Assembly: GCA_050273025.1 (NCBI GenBank)
Contig: CP158635.1
Coordinates: forward strand, 868,001-932,000
From: Cenococcum geophilum
Lineage: Eukaryota
Length of the DNA stretch: 64,000 nucleotides
Direction of reading: 5' to 3'
In this document: piece after piece, positions 12,986 through 27,674 of the stretch
How positions within the stretch are numbered: position 1 is the first letter of the stretch
How the letters are laid out: each line of letters starts with the position of its first letter
Position numbers and translations under genes: made by a program
The notes under the pieces: generated by a model
What the model was told of the DNA's origin: nothing
The model's input: the letters and a program-made list of their open reading frames with translations, nothing else
Databases searched by the model: none

Positions 12986-15900
12986 TAGCAGCTATCTAGC
13001 TAGCCGGATTGCTAAAGGTTAGGCAGTATACTCTTACTATAGGAGTTTTTAATCTTTAAGCCCAAAACCTGCCCTTATAGTATTAGATAAATCCATACTT
13101 CTATATAAGGGCGATATAAAATAGCCAGTATTATTTAATCTAAGCCTTTACTTCTTTTTTAAGTCTATTTCCGCATTAATCTTTTAAGAATGTATAAGTT
13201 AGTAAAAGCTTACACGACCTAATTTAAGCCCCTTTATCCGCCGTACTGTTTTTATATAACTTTAGTCTTTTTAGTTAATCCGTAAATTCTACCTAATTTA
13301 GGCCCCTTATACTCTACCAAACCGTAGGTTAGCTTAATCCTCTTAACTTTATAAAGGCTAGCACTATCCAATAACACCTAGATACTCTCCGCTTTATAAA
13401 ATCCTACCCCACTTACTTAGGTTAAGGAGTGCCGCCACTATATAATTTAGTTAGATTCCCGTAGTTTTATCCAGTATACTCGCATAAAGTTGCCTAAGTA
13501 AATAAACTTTCGGAGACTAGAGCTGTCTAATCCTACCTTAATATTTATAATTAAAGCCACGTCTATATAAGCCGGCTCTGCTTAGTTAAACCTATATAAG
13601 GACATTACTAAGCCATTCCCCTTAGCTTTACGCAGGTAGTTCAGCCTAAGAGAGCCATAATTCGTTAAATCCGACCCTAGCGTCGTCCGCCATTAGTGCT
13701 CGCATAAATTTACCCCACTTAATTAACTTTTAGATACTAGACTTATCTAATTTAGCCCATCTATAAACGCTTACGCCGTTAATACCCCCTTATTCTACAT
13801 TAGGCCGTCTCTATATAATACTATTCCCCTTACTATAGCTCCCTTACGCTCTTTAGAGCCATGCCTACCTTAGATCTACGCCGCTCTACCAACCAGTTAA
13901 GGTTAGTACTGTCTTATCTATATCGGCTATGCCCACCCTACTCGCCTAGATAGTGGGGATCTACTAATATAACCCCTCTGCTCTGGATTAGGCCGTGTCC
14001 ATATAATAATCTATATAACTTAGGCTAAACCTAGCTAACACTATCTAATCCGGTTTGCTCTTCGCCGAGCTATACCCCTATAAGCCTACGCCGCGCAGTC
14101 TAACTAAGAAGCATTTAAGTTTATACCAGGTAAAGCAGGTCCATTAGATCTCCTCTCTAACCTATACCCTAGTCCACTACTAAAGCATCTAAAGGCCCTA
14201 CCTAAACTAATTATTCTAGCTATTTATATTATGGGTTGATTTAAAAGTACGTGCAAATCCTTCGGCTAATTACCTTATAGTTTTGCGGTTGTAAGCAGTA
14301 TACGTAAAGGGGGAAACTATACAGTTATTAGCTAGAAGTTAACACAGAAATGCTACTTAAAACACTTAGAAGAATAAAACAATATTTAATAAGGAATATT
14401 TCGTATAATATAGCTATTTTAATTAATCTTAATAATAATAATTGCGGTATAACAACCTAAGATCTAAAGCTAGACATAAGTTAAGCTAAAGTCGTTAGTT
14501 ATTAGGATAAGGGGTAAGTGTAAATACGTTAGCAATGGGTTTTAAAGGGTAGCTGAGTCCGCAGCAGTCTTAGCCGAAATTTTAGTTCAAGGTAATATTG
14601 GGCATCTTTAGCCAATTCCTAAATTTAGGCCCTAAGGGCCTAGAACTAGGCACCCCTTACATGCTTAGGGCGTGCTTAGGGCTGCTTACCCTCGGCTTAG
14701 GTTAAAGCGGCGGCTGCTTAGGTCTAAAGACGGAAATAGACCTTAGTAAGGGGAGTTTTCGTTAAAGACTATAGAGGTAGTAAGGAACTTTAATTTAGGT
14801 TAATATACCCCCCTAGCTACACAGAGCCTTTTAGGCTGCTGTAGAAATACTAAAAAGTTACAATAGCAATTTGGTGTTAAGTTAAAGGAAATCCTCTATA
14901 TATTTACCTTGCCCAAATATTATTTAAATTAAATTAAATTAGATCCTTAATATTAATAAGGTTTAATTACTAAACAAACGTCTTGTACTTTTAACCAGGC
15001 AGGGCCTTTATTAGGCCGTCTACTATTATATCTATAGTAGGCACCTATTTAATATTAATGCTTTCTTTACGAACTTCCTAGCGGAGCTAGTAGTAATAGA
15101 TATTAACGTATTAAAGCTTAGTATTAAGCTCCGCGTTGCTTTTAGTTAGTAGTTAAATAGTCTATAGGTTGTTATAATATATTATTTACCTCTTATTAGG
15201 GTTAAATCTAATTTCTTTAAAGAATCGCTGCTACTAAATTAACTCGGTAGCTGCATGTAATAGGGCTAGGAGCTCTACTTCCGTACTTAATTTTATTACT
15301 AACTTCTGCTTTATAGATCGCCAGTTAATTAGTCCCCCAAATAAGGTAAATAGATAGCCTTCTATACTTTTTCTACTTACTAGATCGTCGCTAAATAATA
15401 TATTACTTGCCCTTATAAAGATCTAGTTTATTATATTCTCCTTTAAGTACTTAATCGCAAGAGTCTTAGTTTAATTAAGGTAGGCAATTACCCTTATAGC
15501 AGCTGCATCGTGAATTAGTAACGGATTTTATAAGAATTCTAATAGCTTGCTTACTGTTCTTGCTATATCTAGATAAGTAATATTAGCTGCATAAAGTATA
15601 GATCCGACTTTCCTCTAATAGGCGTAGGTATTCTACTTAGAGGCTTACTCTAGATTAGGCTTAAGTTCCTTAATACCCATTAGTGTATATATCTTACGAT
15701 AATCTTTAACTTTAAAGCTTGTTGTAATTTTATTAATATAGGAATCCTAGCTAAGCTAGAGCTTCCTATTCTGTCTATTACGGATAATTTAAATTCTTAA
15801 GAACTAGGTAAGGTTACCTAGGTCCTTTATCTCGTACTTTCTTATAAGGTGCTCCTTAAAGATTTAGAGCTTAAGTAGGTCTTTCTTCCTAAATATAGCT

Positions 15901-16292
15901 GTAATATTGTTAATGTAGAAGAAAACTATTAGCTACTTATTATAATATAGGCAAGGCTCCTCCGCCACTAGCTTTAAGCCTTCCTTTTTTAGCGTTATTA
16001 TTAAGTCACTATACTATAGTAGAGGTAATCACCTTAATCTATAGAGCGCTCTTTAAAGAAGTAGGCACTTGCCCTTAATTAAAAATCTATCTAAATACTT
16101 AACGTATATAAACTTGTTAATTACGCTGTTTGCAAATATATTAATAGCGTCGCCTTACTAGCAGTCTAGGTTAAATATTATAATAATAGCTATTAAGGCT
16201 CTAAACGATCTTGCTGCTAAAGTTGCGGTATAGATGTCCTTATAAACTAACTCTTATAGATTATCTCGTACGTAAAGATAAGCTTTAAACCT

Positions 16293-19200
16293 TATAACGG
16301 AGCCTTGTAGTAGGGACTACGGTAGACTCATTAATGGGCTAGGTATATAGGAATCGCAAGTAAGTTAACAACGTAATAATAACTAGTGGAGTAGTTTCCT
16401 AACAGATTAACTCTAATTATATTCTAAGAATTACTACAAGGAAGGAACTATCTAGGTAGGGACTAAGGGTCCTTAAATACACAACCATACTCCTATAAAA
16501 TCCTCCTTATATATAATATACGTGTTATACGTATTATACATAGGCGTATACCGCGTACACTGCGTATACTGCGTATAACGTTATATAACTTGCTTACTAT
16601 TCCTTATTATATAGTTCTACGGGTTCTATCCTAAACTATACCTATATTAACTAACTAGCTTCTTCTAACTCTTCTCTAAGTAGTTATAACATTGTACTTA
16701 AAGCGTCCGTAACACTATCTCCCTCCTCTTTATCTTCGTCCTTAAAGATACCTTATATCTTTAAGTTGTTTACTAAAGGTATAATATCTATCTAATTAAT
16801 TTAGTTAATATTATTACTTATAATGCCTAAAGCCTCTTCTTCCTTATAAGCGCAACATTATGCCCGCACTATTGCTGCAATACTATTACTTAGTAAGATT
16901 ATACCGTCTCTGTGTTCTTGTTATTTAAAGGCAGGGTTAGTATATGTTATAATGGCGAATCTATTATCTTAATAACCCTCTTTTTATTTGGAGTGCACTA
17001 AAGTAAACATTTAATCGTCCTATAATGTTTGCTCTACTTCTAACGCTAAATATACGCGTTCTATAACTCTTAATAGTCTCTAAGTTCCCTAAGTAATTTA
17101 TTATAGGGTCTTATATTTAATTTGCTGCTGCGAAGCTTAATAATAAACTATCCGTTGCCTTAGCGGAACTTTATTATTCGCGTAACGCTAAAAAGGAGGC
17201 TGCTAATACTTAATAACGGGCTCTTAATTCTCATCTTACTGCGTCCACTCGGTTAATTCGTCTTAAAAAAGTCTATAAAAAGGTTTACTTTAAGAAGTAG
17301 AAACTTATAGAATAAGGTTTACAGAAACTTAGTAATAAAAAAACAGATTCTCTTCTAATAGAGAAGGAAATAACTCCGAGTAGTTTAGCAGTCGCTCTTC
17401 CTAGGTCCCCCTTAGGTAACTCGTTCTTTAGCAATTCTCCTTTATTAATATTACCTAACCTTTTCTCTTCCGATACTCCTATACCTTTCCTATAGCGTTC
17501 TTTAAATTCTTTAATAGCTCCTAGGTAGTCTTATTGTAGCTTATTTACTTTACCTCGTACTATATTTTATTATCTATGTCCTTATAACTAATAATCTTTA
17601 AAACTTGCTATTTATCTTCTTCTTATCCTCTATACGTATCTACTTTATAAACTAATGGCTTAATATTCCTATATGCTGGCTTTAGCATTACAATATGCTA
17701 TATAGGGTAGATCTTTATTTTAGCTGGTAGGTTTAACTTAAATATAACTAATAAAATTTTCTACTTAATTTCGAAAGGTCCTAGTCTAATATAGTCTAAT
17801 TTTTTGCTTAGTCGTCAACTCTTGAAATTTTTGTACAGTAGCTATACTTTATCTCCCTCCTTAAGATCTAGTCCCTTAGATCTCTTAGTATCATAGTACT
17901 TTTTTATTCTTTACTATACTACCTTAGCTGTTTCCATAAGGTTTATATAAAGATTTATTAGTGTCTCCATTCTTTACTTAGCTATACTACTTATTTTCTT
18001 TACTTATCTTAGTGATAATAATATTCTTAGCTTATATCCGTAATTGGCCTTAAATAGTGATGTTCCTATTCCTTCTTAAGGTATTATATTATATGCAAAC
18101 TATGTAACTAGTAATAATAATACCCAATTGTTCTGTATATAATTAATATAGTGTCTTAGATACTGCTCTAGTATCTAATTTAATTTTTCCATTTAACCGT
18201 CTGTCTGTGGATAATATGCGGTAGAAGTTACTGCTTAAACTCCTTATTCTGCTAAGAATACTTCCCAAAATACTACTACGAATTTTAGATCCCTATCCGA
18301 TATGATTTTACTTAGTACTCTATATCTTATAAATACTTCTTTAATATAGATTCTAGCGACATCTTCTACTAAGATTTCTTCTGTACATGCTATAAAGTAT
18401 CCCCACTTTATTAGCTTATCTACTATTACTAAAATCGCGTTATAATCTTATCCAGTAATAGGATCTCTTAATTTTAGCAACTTAATAATAAAGTCCTATA
18501 ATATAACCTCCCATAGTCTCTTTAGTATTTTAATAGGTTATAGCCCTCTATATGGCTTATACCGCGCTAGTTTATTTCTTTAGTAATTTAGACATTCCCT
18601 TATAACTTATCTTGCTAATCCCTAGATTTTATTAATAATATACTCCTCTTAGAGTCTTAACACTAAGCCCGTAGCTCTATTATATTCTTAAGTTAATCCC
18701 TTATAGAATAACTTAATAAACTCTTTTATAATGCCCCTAGGCATATATATTACTTCTTAGTTTTTATACTACTCTAAGTCTAGATCCTCTACCTATATAT
18801 CTTAGATCTTTTATATCCAATTACTCTCTAGTAATTTATAGATCTTTTCTTCTTATATTGCTATAATCTTTAAATAATTATACCTAATTAATCCGTCTGT
18901 ATCTTTTCGCAGTAAAGCCCCTAATAGCTTTTTATCGTTTTATAGTTTAGCTTTTCTACTTAGAGTATCTACTCGTGTATTATCTATACCCTTAGTATAC
19001 TAAATCTTAAAATAGTATTCTATAAGTATTTCCGCCTATCTAATCTGTCTTTAATTAAGTTCTTTTATTATTAGGAACCCTATTAGGTTCTTATAATCCG
19101 TCTTAACTATAAATAGCTTTTCTATACCTTATAAGAATGCTCTCTATTTCTAAAGTGCTATAACTATACCTAATAACTCCTTATTATAGATGTTATAGTT

Positions 19201-22200
19201 TAGTTCTAGTAGTGTTATCTTTTAACTATAATATGCCACTAGGTACCATCTATCTTCATATTTCTATAGAAAGTATGCCCCTAGTGCAAAGTCTAATACA
19301 TCCATTTTAACCACTGTCTCTAGTTTTGGTTAGTAGATTTTAAGGATTAAGTCTTAAATAAATAACTCCTTAACCTTCTTAAATTGTTCCCTCTATTCTT
19401 CTCCCTATACCTAAGGTTCTTCTTTCTTTATTAACCTTATAAATAGCTTAATATCCTTTAACTATTAAGCTATAAACCTTCTGCAGTAATTGCAAAACCC
19501 TAGAAATAACCTTAACTATATTATGTTTTCTAGTTCTTACCAATTCACTATAGCTTTAATCTTCTTTAGATCTATACTAAGTTAGCCTAGTTTAATAATA
19601 AATCTAATAAAATCTGTTTTCCTAGTAAAGAACTCGTATTTTTTAATTGCTACTAGCATTTATTCTTCTTATAGTCTCTTTAAGACCTATTTAACGTGTT
19701 TTTCGTGCTCTTTCTTACTTATTAAGTAGATAATAATATTATCGAGATATACTATAACAAATTCATCTAAGTGTTCTCTTAATATATTATTAATACGCTT
19801 TTAGAACGTTGCTAGTGCATTTATAAGCCTAAACTGCATTATTAATAGTTCGTATAGTCCTTCCTTTAACCTAAAGGCTGCCTTCTATTTATTGCCTTCC
19901 TCAATCCTAATCTAATGGTATGCCTATCTTAGATCTATCTTTGTAAAGATTTACGCATTACCAATTCTGTCCTAGATTTCGCTAATTAAGGGTAAAGAAT
20001 ACCTATCCTTTCTAGTAATGCTATTTAACTATCTATAGTTAATGCATAGCCTAAGTTTCCCGTTTTTCTTTGGTATAAACAGTACTAGATAACCTGCTAA
20101 TAACTGCAATAGTCTAATATATCCCTTTCGTAAGTTCTCCTAGATAAACTCCTTTAGTGCTCTCTTTTTCTCTTCAGTAAGCTTATAGATTAGAAAGAAC
20201 CTTAAACTTATTCCTAGTTCCAATTCTATTTTATAGTCCTATACTGCATATTTTAACAGCTTTTTACTTTTTAGTAACTATAGTTTCTTGCCATACTTAT
20301 AGTATCTCTTTAGTACATAGCCTAGTCCTTTATTTATTTCCTTATAGGTTACCCCTACTTAGTACTATACTATCTTAGCTTATTATCGCATCTTACGGCG
20401 TTAAGTATTTTTAATATCGACCTAACCTATAACCTAATCGATCTTTAGATTGTATTCCTATAACTAAGGCATTCCTAATACTACCTTATTATTCCCCAAT
20501 AGTAATATATTAAAGGACATCTTAATTTATCTTTCTTTAATGGTTATCTAAATAGGTCCTGTTTTAAGATTAATAATGCCTCCTCTATAGGCTATTAGAT
20601 CTCCTAAAATTATAACTAGTAGATAAGGGTACTCTTTCTGCCTATATAGTAGCCCTATCCTTTTAACTGCTACTAGTAAAATATAGTTTCGTATCACTCT
20701 ACTATCTACTAATACTTCGAACTGTTAATCTTACTAATTAACTCTTAAATTTAGGTATTATCTTTAAATTCCTTTAAGGGTCTAAGGCTCTACTACTAGC
20801 TCCCTTTAATCCTATAGGCCTCTACTTTTCCTAACTATTAGTTGCTTAATTCTTATACACTTAGCTTACTCTTCAGCCAATACTTTATTCGCTTTTTATC
20901 CTTAATATACTATAGACACGTATTCTCTAGGCATTCCCACCACTATCGTCCGTCTAAGCATTCTTCCGTAAGGAATCTTTTTAGCTAAAGTGTTAAGTCT
21001 CCTAACTCCTAAACTTCTACTAAATGCCAGCCGTGTATATACTTAGCATTTCTATACTATCGCTTATTTAGCGCCCAATATATCCTTATAGGGTATTTCC
21101 GGTTCTTTTTTTTTTAATTTTTGTGCATCTTATATATATCGTCTACGCATGCAATCTATAATAGCGTATAGTGTACTAAGTACTTTAGGTTAACTCTTAG
21201 CTTATCTTTATCCTTAAGTTTAAATCTCTATTATGTTAATCTAAACGTTATAACTTTATTTACAGGTACTAAAATACGCCTTTTACTTCTCTAGTCCTCT
21301 AATTATTCCTCTAGATCCTTTAATATTATAATTAAGGCTCCCTTAATATAATTTATTGCCTTTTCCGTAATTAGGTGGTCTTAAATAACTTTCTCGTCTA
21401 ACTATATATAGAAATCTTCCCACTTATTATTATGCCTTTGCCTATACTACCTTTAGTATAGCTACTAGAGTGTATATAGTCTATCCGTAAGGAAGTATCT
21501 TTTTATTACTACGTTATAACAGCCCTTTATATGTCGTTCTTAAAACCTAGTTAGAATCCCTAAATCCTCTTTATTTTCTAGTTTAGTAAGCCACTTAGCT
21601 CTTAGTATACCTACTCTTAGCCTATTAATAATTCTTTATATAGGTGCTCTGTCCCTTATATAACCTAGTATACTAAATCCTATATTTAGTTTTTTTTCTT
21701 ATTATATAAGGATTCTTGCTCTAAACTTGTCTATGGTTTCTTATTGTTTACGTCTTACAATTAGATCCTTAAAGCTTTTTTACTTCTTAATTACTATATT
21801 AACTTTTTAATCTTTAGGCTGAATACTTTATTCCCCTAATAAGTCTTCTAAGTCTATATATCTGTCTCCTAGTCTAATTGCTGTTTATACTACAGATTCT
21901 CTAATCCATAGTAAAGTCTCTTACTTCTTTCTTACGGGTGTCCTTATTCGTACTCCGAATTCTTAACCCCTTAGATTCTTTAATCCTAAGCTTACTTCTT
22001 TCTTAAGCTACGCTCTAGCCTTAGTCTAACTAGGCTTTACTAGTGTCCTTATCTCGTCTTAAAAGTCCTAAATCTTACTTATCTCGTTTTAAAAATCTTA
22101 TACTTTTAGGAAACTTCGTCCTAAGCTTATTCGTATATTGCTGAACTAAGCCGTTGCTTTACTCTATCGGTTATCATCTATTATAGGTCCCTAAGCATAC

Positions 22201-24323
22201 TTTATCTTATCTTAAGAATCTTAGTCGTCTCTTATCTTATCTTAAAAATCTTAAGCCTTTACCCTTTTACCTTTATTAAGTGGTGAGCTAGCACTAGTAG
22301 TTATCTGCTTACTTAATCGTCTCTAAATATTACTCCTTCCGTCTTATAAAGCAATAGATGCCGTATCCAATAGTATTATAATACCCGTTACTAAACCTTA
22401 CTCTATAGCGGTCTTAGTCTCTGCTTTTATTGCGTTATTAAGGTTTAAATACCCCTAGTTGGTTCCTTTACTATCCTTGTCGCTGTTAATTAATAAGTAC
22501 TCTAACTCCATTATTATTATCGCTAATCTTTATCCGCATATTACTGTAACATCTTAATTTAGCTTATAGAGTTGATTTTATTCTTTGTCTAACTCTTTAG
22601 TTCCTTTAAGTCCTCTTAACTCTAGCTTTTATGGCTAATAGCTTACGCCGTACTTAGCGTCTTTATAAACTTGGTATGCGTTATTATAACAAAACGTAAA
22701 ACTTCTAATTAAACATTCTTTTATTCCTCGCAGCATACTATTATTTTTCTGTACGTATATATTATATACTACTAGTCTAGTTCCCTTTACTACGTGGTAA
22801 CTCTAACTACTCTTACAGTCTCTAGCAAAATAATCCTGTTTTCCGCAATTTATATAAGCTCCGTTTTTAAACTATTGCTTTTGTTATAGAGTCCGCTTAA
22901 ACGTCTTCTGCTGCTAAGATCTTTAGTTTAGCCTATACTCCCTAGTCCTGTAATTACTTAATCCTTAACCTCTAGGTTCTTATAGTTTCTTACTCTATCT
23001 CTTATAGGTTTCTTTAGTACTACTTAGGTCTATTAGCTCTGCGCCATACCATATTTTCTAATTTAGCTTAGGTTGTTACGTGCTCTACGTCTTATATAAC
23101 TATAAAACTTTATCCTAGCCCTTCTTAGCCTGTTCCCTTTGGTAGATCCTATTATTAATCTTTATTACTTAATCTACTAGTTCCCTTAGGGTATCCGTAT
23201 CTTCTATTAGGATAATTACGTCCTAGACTTTAGCCTTAAGTCCTTATTTATACTATGCTATAAGCGCCTTATTATTCCACTTAACTTACATTACTAGCGT
23301 TTAAAACTGCGTTATATACTTAATTGCTAATATCCGTTGCGTAATATCTTAGAGTTTTCTTTCCGCCGTAGTCGTTGCCTTTAGGTCTCTAAACATTTAC
23401 GTAAGTCACTCTACAAATCCGCCCTAGCTTAAGAATATAAACCGTACTTCTTAGTTTATAGTCGTTATTCTATTTGCTTATATCTCTATAAGGTAAAGCT
23501 TAAACTATTTAAGTGCCCTTCCTAATAAGAACAATCCTATATACGCTACTTGGTCTATAGGTGTTAGTAGCTTAGCTCCTTCTTATAAAATCTTAAAGTG
23601 CATTTGCGTAAGGAATCCTTTAAACTTTAATCTCTCTCCTAAAAATCTTTTAATTAATAATAGCTTAATCTTTGCTGCTCCTATCCCGTTAATCCTATTT
23701 TCGAGTATTATATTATTTTCCGTTAGTTAGTTAACTATCTCTTATAACTGCCCTACTGTTATAGGTTATTGTGAGTTAGTATTTACTATACTGGTATCGT
23801 TACCTAATCTCGAAGTAGTTGCCGCTATTAATAGCGTTATAGTGGCTGCTTTTAGTAGCATATTACTTAACTTATTAGAACTGTAACCATGGTAGTGATT
23901 ATATAACGGAGCCTTATAGTAGGGACTACGGTGGACTTGTTAATAGGCTAGGTATATAGGAATTGCAAGTAAGTTAACAACGTAATAATAACTGGTGGAG
24001 TAGTTGCCTAATAGATTAACTCCAATTATATTCTAAGAATTACTATAAGAAAGGAACTATCTAGGTAAAGACCGAGGGTCCTTAAATACATAACCGTACT
24101 CCTATAAAATCCTCCTTATACGTAATATACGTATTATAAGTGTTGTACGTAGGCGTATACCGCGTACACTGCGTATACTGCGTATAACGTTATATAACTT
24201 GCTTACTATTCCTTATTATATAGTTCCACAAGTTCCATCCTAGACCGTGCCTATATTAACCAACTAGCTTCTTCCAACTCTTCTCCAAGTAGTCGTAACA
24301 TTATACTTAAAGCGTCCGTAACA
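16293..24323 (-). mobile_element. Ty3/Gypsy LTR retrotransposon 1, full length, RIP-degraded
   Basis: 422-bp LTRs at 16293-16714 and 23902-24323; TSD AACCT on both sides; RT motif VIVYLDN(D)I near 19735-19770; RNase H and integrase downstream; polypurine tract next to 16714. Confidence 0.95.
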
Positions 24324-27300
24324 AACCTCATCAGATATCCGTTAATATTAGTCTTATATATAAATACCTAGATAACAGGCATTGTTTTAGTATAGATTAT
24401 CTTATTAACGACTTAAAACGATCCTTAATTTTAAAGATCCGTATATTCTTTTTAGGTAGTAGCCGCAAACTCTTCCTTATATTAATGTCTTTAAAGCTCC
24501 TTCTAATTCCTAGGCAGCGGTAGGAGCTAATTATAGTATAGCTTTTTATAAAATGTAAGCCCTATATTAAAGGCTAATCTTTAAGCTGAAAGGCTCTAGT
24601 TGGTAATGTTAGCAAAAAAGCCTATATAGATCTTTAATCGTCCTTTAAGTCTCTTTCCTTTAACCACGTTTTGCTCTCCTATATCGCCATTAATTTTCTT
24701 CTTTAGCTTAGCTTTATTAGTCGGAACTAGGATATAGTACGGCTTCTTTACTAAGGTATTTAAGGACGGTAGTGGAGGCTCTAGTGAGTTAGGTTCTGGT
24801 ATTTTATCTAGGGTAGGAAGCCCTAGAGCTAAGTCGTCTTTAGAGCTTAAATCTTATTACTTACTACTCTTAATATTAGGCTCTTCCTAAATTCCACCAG
24901 ATTCCACCTATTATCTCCCTTTAGTATCTACTTAAATCTCATCTTAAGTCTTATCACTTTTATTAAATAACAATTCCAATTCATCTCGGAGATCCTATAT
25001 TTAATAAATATTAATAATTTCTAACATTTAGTTAGTTCTAACTCGGAGTATATTTGCCAGATCTGGCTGTAAGTTATTATAAAGTAACCGCTTATTAAAC
25101 TTTACGTCTCTTATTCTAATAACCTTTTTCTGACTTAGAATATAGATTCGGAATATATTTGTCGAATTATACCCTACCAGATATCCTATATAGGCCCTTA
25201 ACACGAGCTTATTTAGGCGTAGAATATTATATTTAAGAGGGTAGGCCCTACAGCCGTAGACTTATAGGTGGCCTATATTTAGTTTTAGTGGTAATATACC
25301 CATAGCTAACTAGATTCTTTTAAAAGGCGTTTACCACCCAAGTCTTCTACTAGGCGTTTAATTAAGTAGATAGGCAGCTACTTTATAAACTTTAGGATAT
25401 AGCTCCTCTAGTAAATAGGCCTTAATTCTTATGCACCGAGCCTTCTATATAATTACCCCCCTAGATTATTCCGCTAGACCGTTCTATAATTAAGTATTAG
25501 GTGCTAATCTTTTAAGACTAATTCCTTATTTAGCTACCCATTCCTTAAATTTGCCTATAAGAGACGTCTCCCTATCTATATGGATAATAGCTACCTTAAA
25601 GCCATATCGTCGTTTAATGACATTGCAATATTTAATAACAATTTAGGTAAGGGACGACTTTTTAGCCATCGTCTCTACCTTATTTATTCGCGTCGCGTTA
25701 TTAAGGAAGTATACCGCATACTTATCGCCATTAAATGCAACTATTCCGGGTATTAAATTAAGGTAGATTCTATAGAAAGGAACCAGTAACCAAGTCGGAG
25801 GTCTTCTAGATACCACCTTATAAGCTTTGCTTACTCCACACAATTTACATTTTACCGTCATTAGGCCTTTTACAATCGCGCCCGTCACTAATTAAGGTAG
25901 TTGCTTAATTACGTCTTTTCCTATATAGCCCAATTACTGGTGCTATATATGGCCTTCTACCTAATTTAGTAGAGGCTTTAATAAATGCTTTATTGGCTTT
26001 AATTAAGTCGCAAATAAAGCCTTAGGTAAGTCACTTTTTGGCTTATTATATTTAATAGTATTTTAACTATAGTGGCGGCCACAGTAAGCGTACGTCTCGT
26101 TATCGCCATAGATAAGAGTGTTTTCTTTATTATTCTAGTAGACTCCCTTATTATTAAGCTTATTAAGACATACTAAGTTAGTATAGAAGCCTAGTATAAA
26201 GGCTGCTCCTAAGAGCCGTATCTATCTCTTCCCTTTAGGGTTATCTATTATAACTATAGCTATACTATAGCCTACAATTTCTTCTATATATAAGCCTATG
26301 TAGACACGTTCTAATATAGGCTTAATATTACTAATAAATCTAGCTCTATCGTTAAAGACGTATAGGCTGGTTTCTAAGTTAAGAATTACACTATCGCAAA
26401 GCTTATAGTCGGAAGCTATATTATAGGCTCCTATATAATAAACTGCAAAGTTTCCGTAAGGCTCTTAAGAGCTCTGCTTATTGCCATCCTTTAGCTTTTT
26501 ATTGGCTTAATCGTCCTTCTTATTAGCTTAATTATCCTTTTTAATTTACTTAATATGAGCCTTAATTTTAGGCGTTGTATTAGCAATCTTTTTATCCACC
26601 TTCTTCTAAATTTTATTACTTGGTTTAAACTATAATAGGTAAGGAATTAACTCTACAATATACTAGCACTTATTAAAGTAGTAACATTTTCTGTATAGGC
26701 ACTCTAGCAGCGGTCGCCTTTCCTTCTTTTACTTATTTGCTAATAATTAAGGCTTTAATTTAGGCTTTAAATTTAGTAACTTGTCTTTAAAGGTAACTCC
26801 AAATAATCCTCTTTATAGGGTTTTGCCCTTCTGGGCGAGGTCCATATAATGGTGGTTTTGGTATATTTTAACCAGTTTAAAGAAGATAGGAAGCGTCTTC
26901 TTCTCCCACTTACGCTTATTAAGCTCATTCTTCTAATATTCTAACCAGCTTAGTGTAATTAATTTAACTATATACACGAAGTCTTTCACCAAACAATTAC
27001 TATCTACCTTAGGTAGAGCTTGCTTCTTACACTTAGTGTATACCTTCTCCTACTCTTATAACCAGATCTTAAAGTTCTGGTTTTAAGGCGCCTTCTTAAG
27101 CCTTACATATTAAGTGGCTATTTAAAGCTTTTAGGCGTAGTTAGTCGGAGCAATTCTCTTCTTAAGAGATACCAAGACGTTATAGGTGGTGGTGTATTTA
27201 AACGTGTAGATAAGGTAGGTATGTAAAATAGAGCTTAGGATATCGCTGCGTAACATATTAAGAGCTAATAGCTATTTTCTGTATAGCTTTATATTGTCCC

Positions 27301-27674
27301 TATGGTCGGCTTTAAACATACGGAGCTTCTCCTTCTCCTCCTTATCTAGGTCCGCGAGCTTCGTCTTCCCCCAGCTATTAGCATCCTTAGGTAGGGCTTA
27401 AACAGGTTCTTTAAGCTATGGCAAATCGGTCTTAGGTATTAATAGGTTAATATACTTCCAGAGACGATTATTATTTGCTTTTAACTTAATAACCTTAATC
27501 TATTTATCCTAATTATTTAGGCTTATAAGGATAACGGATAATATAATAACGGGAGGGGTTTCTTATTAAGAAGTCATTGTAGGTAGTTATCTATAATTAA
27601 GATAATAATTAAAATTAATAGGAATAAAGGCTTTAGAATTAAAGATAATGCAGTAGACGGCCTAGGCTTATAAC

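Noticed and set aside
1..14300. Starship captain tyrosine recombinase
   Set aside because: No DUF3435-like motifs recognised in the frames I translated, so the Starship idea stays an inference
14660..14725. TTAGGG-like motifs suggesting telomeric repeats
   Set aside because: Only two or three non-tandem copies, easily generated by RIP
25643..25888. 81-aa ORF
   Set aside because: Stop-free fragment of the Copia 1 pre-integrase/integrase region, not an independent gene
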